This document shows positions 55,501 through 64,000 of a DNA stretch of 64,000 nucleotides, in pieces. The notes beneath the pieces were generated by a model, which had not been told where the DNA came from, searched no databases, and saw only the letters and a program-made list of their open reading frames with translations. The translations under genes were made by a program, and so were the position numbers. How positions within the stretch are numbered: the stretch's first letter is position 1; every line of letters begins with the position of its first letter. Origin of the DNA: Macrostomum lignano (taxonomy: Eukaryota). The DNA lies in contig NIVC01000797.1 in the NCBI GenBank assembly GCA_002269645.1, positions 124,001 to 188,000 on the forward strand, in the 5' to 3' direction.

Positions 55501-56736
55501 GGGGGATATCGCTGCTAGTCTAAAAATATACAAAAGAAAACAGAAAATATTTCAAACATATTCCGACCTTGATCACCCGGCGCTCTTCGTCAGCCAATTT
55601 GGCGCGCTCCGCCTCCTCAGCCATCTGGCGCACAAGTTCGGCGTCGCCGTGCATCTCGTCGTATTCGCGCGCCCGGCGCTCGGCCATCTGGGCCGCGCGC
55701 TCTTTGGCAACGTAGGCGGCACGCAGTTTGGCTTCAAGCTCGCGGATTTCAGTGCTGCCTTCGCGAATCTGCGCACAATTGATTTTTTTATAAAAATTGA
55801 TGGACATTGCGCCATTTATAGTAATAATACCCCTAATGATCAAATAAAAGTAGTACCCACCTGCTGTCGCATCTTCTCGTCTTTTGTGGCCTCTGCTTTG
55901 ACTCGCTCCAACTGTCTGGCCAGCTGCTCCTCCTGCTCCCGCTGCCGGTCCCGCATCTGGCGCTCAGCGGCCGCCCGGGACAGGCGCTCGCCAAGCTCCA
56001 GCTCCTGGCGCTGCTGCTCAGCTAGGCGGAGTAGGCGCTTCTTTTCAATCTGCGCGCGTTTTTAGGGCGGTTTTTTTAGTGCAAGACTACTTAAAATGGC
56101 AGTTAAAGGTAACTTGAAGCTATTTTGGCAAGACGCTTTAGGACACAAACACACTGGAAGCCCCTAATAAGCACTTCTGAAGGGTGGCTTCATATTTTCG
56201 AAAATAAACTTCCTTTACAACTCCGACATTTTATATCTCCGACACTTCAGTTTACCAGCATCTTTCACAACTCCAAAACCTTATATCTCCATTAGGGTTA
56301 AAGCTTTTCGGAGATATGAAATCACCCTACCTCTGACACTCCACTTTGGCACCCATAACAGCCACGAACTGGCGCCTTCTAAACTTCCATTCTACCTAGT
56401 CTACCAATTTCGCTGACTCCTTGAGCACATACAAGGGCACCAATAATGTACGCGGGCACGCACTCATACAGGGTGCACAGCGGCCCTGACTTTCTAATCG
56501 TCAGGCATGTACACTCTCTGCTGTAAATCGCATGGCCTATTATTGTGCACACAAAATGCAGCAGCAAACCTGCTCTGCTCCCCCCAGACTGGAACCACAC
56601 AAACCTTCTCATCATTGTGCAGGGCCTCCTCCGCCCGCCTGTTATTGAGAATCTCCTTTGTTCGATCCTCGCGAGCCTGCTCTGTGCGCAGCTGCTTTGC
56701 CTGCTGCTCTTGGTAGGCTCTGCGCATTGATGCCAT
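52534..56736 (-). CDS. MNS1: Meiosis-specific nuclear structural protein 1 (TPH/trichoplein-domain ciliary coiled-coil protein); exons 56736-56605, 56049-55861, 55768-55568, 54952-54539, 53767-53349, 52654-52534
   Basis: IREGSTEIRELEAKLRAAYVAKERAAQ, KEKLMIDEIVRR, MLAKFAEDDRLEQMNAQKRR, IVEEERQRLVREHA and LIGYLPRGV match conserved MNS1 blocks; phases 0,0,0,0,2 are consistent. Confidence 0.93.
52720..53170. repeat. About 28-bp degenerate minisatellite (AAATCCCCAATCCTACTCAAAGATCCCT) in MNS1 intron 5
   Basis: Direct copies. Confidence 0.92.
54000..54405. mobile_element. MITE-like element, copy 2 (inverted relative to 10659-11086), in MNS1 intron 4
   Basis: The reverse complement aligns along its length with 10665-11055; it ends GAGTGGCCCATCTA. 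Confidence 0.75.
55030..55515. repeat. 75-bp tandem repeat, about 6 copies, in MNS1 intron 3
   Basis: AAAATCAATT recurs at 55081, 55156 and 55231 (period 75); each unit contains the palindrome CCCTTAAGGG. Confidence 0.95.
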
Positions 56737-59700
56737 GCTGAGATAGGTCAGTGATGCAGACTTTCAGAATTGCAGGCTTTAACTTTCACTATGAATGGAT
56801 TTCTGCTGAAAGAATTTTTCTGAAAATTTGCAGAATAAATGTGCCTCCTATTATTTATTCATAGCATCTTGTATATGATTGTATTTGGATAAACAAAAGC
56901 AAGCATATTCTAGAAGCTATTTATACTAATATTGTAAAAAGAATACATAAAATGAAATAAAACTATTAAAAATTATTTTACTAATGACACTTCTATTTTT
57001 CAATATTTTGAAGCTATCAATGAATAATACAAGGGACTATAACAACATTTTAATTTTTTTAAATAGCTAAAATTTTAAATATCAAAGTATTTTTAAGAAT
57101 ACTTAAAAGTAATAAGAGCTTTAAATTACTTTCATGCCAATAAAACATTTCCAAATTAGATTTACTAATTGTATAATGCTTATATCCAGGGACACAATCA
57201 ATCAGAGGATAAGGGAGATAGTTGCCCTCCCCCTTTTTACAGAAGCCTATAGAAAAGACCAAGCACTTTTTTGAAAATATGTATTCTCATCTTTTGACCT
57301 CTTGGGTCTTCATACTTTTGGCCTACTTTAATGAAATTTTAGTTGTGTCACTGCTTATTTGACATGCATGTTCAAATAAAATATAACAAGTAACTTATGA
57401 TTACCATAAAGCCACAGTATAGGCCTACAGGTCAAGCTAAAAGCTAAGAAATACAATTAAAAAACTATCTTGCTAAAAACAGTAAAAATTGTTAGTAGAA
57501 TTGTTATATAATCAACAAAACGACTCTTTTCTATTTCTCTATTTTCTACCTTAATAAAAACTTTTTAGATTCATAAAATATACTTTATTAATCTAAATTA
57601 TTCATCAAAATTTACTCATAAAAAATTAGTTACATGCAACATGGGCATTTAATTTTTACTATTTTCTTATAGCCCATGCAACATTACTATATAATATATT
57701 TTAAATCTTGTCACATTTTGACTTTATTACATTTTATTTAAAGCAGAGAAGAGATAAAGAATACAAATGCTAATGTTAAGACAATAAAAAGTGATACTAT
57801 CTAGAATAATTGTTGATGGTATAGTACATTATAATATATAACTTATAAGAAACTATAATACGATTCAAAATCATAAAATAAAACTAAATAGATATTGTAA
57901 TAGAATTGTAATAAGAAGTATACACTTGATAAAAAGTTAATTCTAATATGAGCTACACACATTGTCAGGACCATTACTAATTCGTTTAATGCATTCAAGT
58001 TGATGTACTTTAATACGAAATTTAAGATGCAGTACATGTAAGACGACACATACGAGCTAGAACTGATAATTACTAAAGAACGACTGATAAAATCAATACA
58101 TGTTTCCTGCATGTATGTCTCGTTCAGAAAAAAAACATAAAACAAACAACAAATGAAGAAAGCGATCAAGTTATGCCAAAATCATTCGTTTGATTGATTT
58201 GAGCTAGAGTATGTCAATTTTTAGCAGAATAATAAATAAGAAAGCATTCCCTTTAACTTCAATTAAGTCACTAGACTAGACGATCAAACTTATTTTTAAG
58301 TTTTACGGTACAAAAGAGACAGAATGAGCTGAAATTTCCATCTTCAGATAGGCATTTAAAATATTTTAAATGTTTCTTAGTGTTACTAAGGCAAGATATA
58401 AAGATAAAGATTAAAACAAATGAGTTTTGACCAAGGTTTGAAATCTTAAAGTTCCACTTCAAACTGTTATAGGTTACTTTAAGTTTTTTAATCAGTCGAT
58501 AATCACTGTAAAAGCAATTACTTTGAATACAAAATAAACGCTTTTAATTCACTAGCTCGCTATGAAGCTTTTTAAAAGCTAAATTATTAAGAAAAGTGCG
58601 TAAACGTTACTAAATTGACACCTTTCATACATCTTTCTATCGCGCTTCTTAAAACTGAAAGTTGCCTTTTACATAGTACTCGCACTTAATACAGGGAGTT
58701 GTCGCCATGGAATTGACAGTGTATACATGCACATGTACGGGAGACAAAAAACTAAGAATCCATCAAGTGCTGATCTGCACGGAAAGGTAGTATACGACAG
58801 GTCCGTTGCAACACACTTAAAGTGGGGGTCGAACCTAGCTTGCACAGGCAGACTGATGCCGGCTAATTCATGGCTTGACTTTGACAGTTTGCGAAGCCAG
58901 GGAATCCTATTTGTTTTGAATCGTATCCTACGCTGTGGAGCGCAGCGAGCCAATAGGATTCCCTGGCTAAGCCACACGGGTGCGTACGTCTTCCACCACT
59001 CGATGAGTGTTCACAGATAGTGGTATTTCATGCTGAATTTTTATGGCAAAATTTTAATTCGGCTACATGTACATGAATATGAGGATTTTACGATTTAAAC
59101 ACAGCTTTCTTGTTCGTATTTAATTTTGACGCAAAAAATTGCGGCATTGATAGCTTGAAAGTCTAAAAATTTTGCACCGCAAGTCACGTGACAATGCAAC
59201 ATGCCTAAATCCAATTGTTTCTTCATCAAGTGCCAATATCCACCTTCGAAATATATTTTAAACAATCAAACACACAAAACAACCGTTAACCTTTTTGAAT
59301 AGAAAAGCAAAAACAAAAAACTAGTTAGTCGCTACTTACAGTAGCTGAACATAAAAACGAGAAGGAAAAAATAATGGTACAAAAGCAAAAGTAATAATGA
59401 AAAAGAGAAACACTGGGAAAAAACTTTCAACCGGAAACCCGTACACACAACACACGAACAGGTGAAATTAATTAATTTTATAAAATAAGACACGAAACAA
59501 CAGTAAAACAATAAATTATTATAGTAGACTTCACATTAAGGCTGCATTGTTGAAATAAATGAATCGGTCAATTCTACTTAAAGTAATATGAACGAGACTA
59601 CTTAAAAATTTATTGATTGCGCATCAGGAAAACAGGAATAGTGAAAATATAATAAAGTATAGAAATAAGTACAGAGATGCACATACAGTAATAGATTTTC

Positions 59701-60360
59701 ATAAATTTTCGATAAAGACGAGAAGACTGGAAACCAAATCTGATAATGCAATACAACTATAATAAAAATGACACAGAAAGTGTACATTGCCAGGTCTACT
59801 TGTAATGATCATGAAAGTTTAGTTTTATTTACCTAGCAATAGTTAGAACTGACTTATTACTTATAGACTGAGACTCGGCTAAAAATCCGTGCGTAATGGC
59901 CAAATTGTAATTTTTTATATCTAATATGCTCCAGTAGTAAATCATTTATCTGAACAAAAACCACAAATTTTTTCCTATTCATCCAATACAGCAATAAACA
60001 AAGACTCCTGCTTTAACAGAGAACTCTTATTTGTGCAACAACCAAGACTGTTAATTCAAGCATAGCCTACGCTCGAAACAAAGACTCTTAAGTCTTAACT
60101 CAAACATGCCATATCCTTGCAACAAAAAAGATCCTTTTTATCAACCAGCTACTTTCGGAATAAAGACTTTACATTTGACAGATAAATGTTTTTTGGAACT
60201 AAGACTATTAATTCAAGCATCTTCAGTTAAATCAGTCTTAATATCGTAAAGAAATCCCGAGAATTATTAGAAAATACTCCTAAGAGACTCCAGTTCGCAG
60301 CACTTTAATCTAGACGCAAAAAATGAATGTACTTTAAGAGAAAACACATCCAATCCGCGC

Positions 60361-61504
60361 TCACAGATCGCCGCCGTGTGTCTTGCGGAAATACTCTTCC
60401 TTCTTCTCCGGATCCGGGATGATGGTGGCGGCACCTGGACGCCAGCCAGCCGGGCAAACCTCGCCGTGCTTGTCAGTGTACTGGAACGCCTGCACTAGTC
60501 GAAGGGTCTCGTCAACCGAGCGACCAACGGGCAGGTCGTTCATAGTGATCTGCCTGAGCACGCCTTTGTCGTCAATGATGAAGAGGCCGCGGAGACTGTG
60601 ACCGGCTGATTCCAGATAGACGCCATAGTCTTTGGCAATCTGGTAATGATTTGGTTTTATGGTTAGATAGTCTACTTTAATAAGGTAGCCTGAGATTCGA
60701 GAACTGATGAAATCTCACACCTGATATTTGAGAACTCACTCATGGAATCTCACACTTGAAATTTGAGAACTGTTGGAATCTCACACCTGAGATTTGAGAA
60801 CTGATGGAATCTCACATCTGAGATTTGAGAACTCACTCATGGAATCTCACACCTGAGATTTGAGAACTCACTCATGGAATCTCACACCTGAGATTTGAGA
60901 ACTCACTCATGGAATCTCACACCTGAGATTTGATAACTCACTCATGGAATCTCACACCTGAGATTTGAGAACTCACTCATGGAATCTCACACCTGAGATT
61001 TGAGAACTGATGGAATCTCACACCTGAGATTTGAGAACTCACTCATGGAATCTCACACCTGAGATTTGAGAACTGACTCATGGAATCTCACACCTGAGAT
61101 TTGAGAACTGATGGAATCTCACACCTGAGATTTGAGAACTCACTCATGGAATCTCACACCTGAGAGAAAAGATCAAGCTCTCTGATTTATAAATACCTGA
61201 TGGGTCAGATCGGACAGCAGTGGAATCTGCAGATCGCCAAGGCCGCCTTTATCGCGCGGAGTCTTCAGCCAGGCCAGGTGAGTGAACGGACTGTCAACCG
61301 AGGCGGCCACAACTTCGGTGTTGATTTTGCGGAAATCGTTAACCCGATCGCTGAATGCTATGATCTCGGTTGGACAGACAAAGGTGAAATCCAACGGATA
61401 GAAAAAGAAGACAAGGTATTTGCCTTTGTAGTCCGACAGTTTAATCTCCTTCATCTGGCGGTTGATGACGGCTGTACCGCTGAATGCCGGGGCCGGCTTC
61501 GAGA
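60361..61504 (-). CDS. PRDX4: Typical 2-Cys peroxiredoxin, PRDX4-type, 5'-partial; exons 61504-61197, 60639-60361
   Basis: [20 protein letters not shown] (peroxidatic Cys), [36 protein letters not shown] (resolving Cys), TIIPDP...YF. Exon 61504 begins in phase 1, so at least one upstream exon is missing. Confidence 0.9.
60695..61166. repeat. 31/35-bp minisatellite (GAATCTCACACCTGAGATTTGAGAACT[CACTC/G]ATG) in a PRDX4 intron
   Basis: Direct copies of two length variants. Confidence 0.95.
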
Positions 61505-61664
61505 CTAAAAAAATTTGGTGAAGATCCATGTAGAACATGCTCTGCTCTTATTGCTAAGGAGTCATAAAACAATTTTGCTCTTAACGATTATTTTCGAATT
61601 TCGAATAGTTTTAGAATGGTTCTAAGATAATGCTCTAATAGTGCCTCTCACTGATCCGTGAGGT

Positions 61665-62368
61665 GGCACTGCATGCTTCTCCCTGATCCTTCAGCTGGTA
61701 CTGCATGCTTCTCCCTGATCCTTCAGCTGGTACTGCATGCTTCTCCCTGATCCTTCAGCTGGTACTGCATGCTTCTCCCTGATCCTTGAGCTGGCACTAC
61801 ATGCTTCTCCCTGATCCTTCAGCTGGTACTGCATGCTTCTCCCTGATCCTTCAGCTGGTACTGCATGCTTCTCCCTGATCCTTCAGCTGGTACTGCATGC
61901 TTCTCCCTGATCCTTCAGCTGGTACTGCATGCTTCTCCCTGATCCTTGAGCTGGCACTACATGCTTCTCCCTGATCCTTCAGCTGGTACTGCATGCTTCT
62001 CCCTGATCCTTCAGCTGGTACTGCATGCTTCTCCCTGATCCTTCAGCTGGTACTGCATGCTTCTCCCTGATCCTTGAGCTGGCACTACATGCTTCTCCCT
62101 GATCATTCAGCTGGTACTGCATGCTTCTCCCTGATCCTTCAGCTGGTACTGCATGCTTCTCCCTGATCCTTCAGCTGGTACTGCATGCTTCTTCCTGATC
62201 CTTCAGCTGGTACTGCATGCTTCTCCCTGATCCTTGAGCTGGCACTACATGCTTCTCCCTGATCCTTCAGCTGGTACTGCATGCTTCTCCCTGATCCTTC
62301 AGCTGGTACTACATGCTTCTCTCTGATCCTTCAGCTGGTACTGCATGCTTCTCCCTGATCCTTTAGCT
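61665..62368. repeat. 32-bp minisatellite (CTGGTACTGCATGCTTCTCCCTGATCCTTCAG)
   Basis: About 22 copies, period 32. Confidence 0.97.
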
Positions 62369-64000
62369 TGCACTATATACTTTAAGCCTAGGTTTTTTGT
62401 TCAATAGGGAATAGGGATACCAGATAGTATAGCATCCTGACTTTCAAAATTGCATCCTAAAATTAGACCTTGGATGCAATTTTGAATCTAAGCACTAGCA
62501 AAAAAACCCAGCCTACATGTAGGTTTTTTAGGCTTGTTTATACAATAAAGGTGCTATATAATATCCTGCCTTTCCAAATTGCATCCTGAAATTTGACTTA
62601 TGCAACTAGCAGTAGGCATGGCAAAAATTGCTGCAGAAAAAAACAAATATTATACAACAAATAGAAAAATTAGTAAAACAAAATAGGGTATATATATTAT
62701 TGATTGAGGTATATTTTTCCCCAGTAACTGTAAAAAATTTTAGAATATTGTTTGAAAACAAAATTTATTATTGTAATTTTGAAATTAAATTTGCTACAAT
62801 GATTGTTTAGCATAATTTATGCAATCATGACACATATTTCAATGCTTTTGTATGCTGTGCTACAAACTTGAAAACGTATAGTTAAGAATTATAAGCCAAT
62901 GATTATGCTTGTATGCCAGAAAATTATATTTCCTCCTTGTATATAATATTTATTAAAACATTAGCTAAATCATTTATACAGTAGAATTTTCCTGCATATA
63001 CTATACTTACCCTAATATGGGCAACCACTTCCTGTCCTCTCTAATCTAGATTGCTACCCCTATTGTAGCAAAGGTCTAAACCACATTAGACACCCTCTTT
63101 CTTGTGCTAAACTGTGTCAGGATGCCAACAGAATAGTCAGGATCATATTACATTACATGTGCACTAGAAGTTACCCAAAAATCTTTTAGATTGTATGCCA
63201 GGTATATTAGGCAAAATCAATAGTGTGCCAGGTATGCTAGCAATAAGTATATAATCTTCTAGCCCCTAAGCTTATTCTGGCATTATTAAATATATATTTA
63301 TTTAAAAAATTACCTATATTTTTATAAGGCTATTATCATTTTGAGAAAATAATACATTTTTACATTTTACTTTTTTATGCTTATAGTTATACAAGTGGGG
63401 TATAGCCTTTTTAAAATTTAAATAAGTAATATATACAACATATAGTAAAGCCCTATATACAATAATCCAGGCATATATGCACCACAAGACTTTTTAAGAA
63501 AATGTGTGCAACAATAGACTTTTCATAAAGATTGCTTCCAAAACCAGAAAAATTCCCATTCCAGAACCAGAATTAGCAGGAAAATGAAAAGCATCAAATC
63601 TTTTATTGTAAGCTCTTTTTTATTTGATTACATTATTTCTCAAAAGATAAAAACATTTTTATCAAAAATTGAGAAACTAGTATTCTTTTTGAAATGTTTA
63701 AATATTTTTTTTCAAATTAGGGACTTCTTGAACTTTAGGTATGTATAAAATACTTGCAATTTTCCAATTTTTATAAACCTTTTGCCAGAGTCTTGGAGGC
63801 TGTCCAAAATGATAATAAAACAAAGAAAACTGCAAAATATATCTTCAAAGTTAAGCGGAGCTCAATTTGTTAATCCTGTATGTTAGTTTTGGAGAATTGT
63901 ATATTTGAAAATTCAACTTTTATTAGAATCATGACTTTTAAAGATAAATATTTTCCTCAGATTAATGAATTCATTCAAAAAAAACATTTGGAGGGTTAGA

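Noticed and set aside
49796-56488. Large hAT element bounded by CAGGGCCGCTG ... CAGCGGCCCTG capturing MNS1 exons
   Set aside because: Flanks (TTGGTTGT versus ACTTTCTA) give no TSD, and the MNS1 structure is intact; these are probably ends of separate small elements.

Overview
Eukaryotic (metazoan) genomic DNA: GC-rich exons with GT-AG introns, and introns and spacers packed with locus-specific mini- and microsatellites. The organisation is compatible with a repeat-rich invertebrate such as a free-living flatworm; this is inference only. Minus-strand genes reconstructed by hand with phase-consistent splice sites: an MRH-domain M6PR/ATG27-like receptor (3 exons), an SLC36/PAT amino-acid transporter (7 exons), PEX10 (2 exons), four intronless Pi-like glutathione S-transferases, a 5'-partial Ig-like type I membrane protein, MNS1 (6 exons) and a 5'-partial PRDX4-type peroxiredoxin. 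The plus strand carries an intronless PAN + C-type-lectin gene with an in-frame TGA at a conserved Trp position, plus broken paralog fragments. Mobile DNA includes a tRNA-derived SINE, a P-like foldback MITE with an 8-bp TSD, two nested related TIR elements each with an 8-bp TSD, a two-copy MITE, a THAP/P-transposase relic and probable solo LTRs. Highlights are an anti-Lepore-type chimeric GST with gene-conversion tracts, a candidate LTR-like promoter spliced onto GST4, and the TGA-for-Trp lectin. Most long ORFs in the supplied track are artefacts of tandem repeats. There is no CRISPR array, rRNA or true tRNA.
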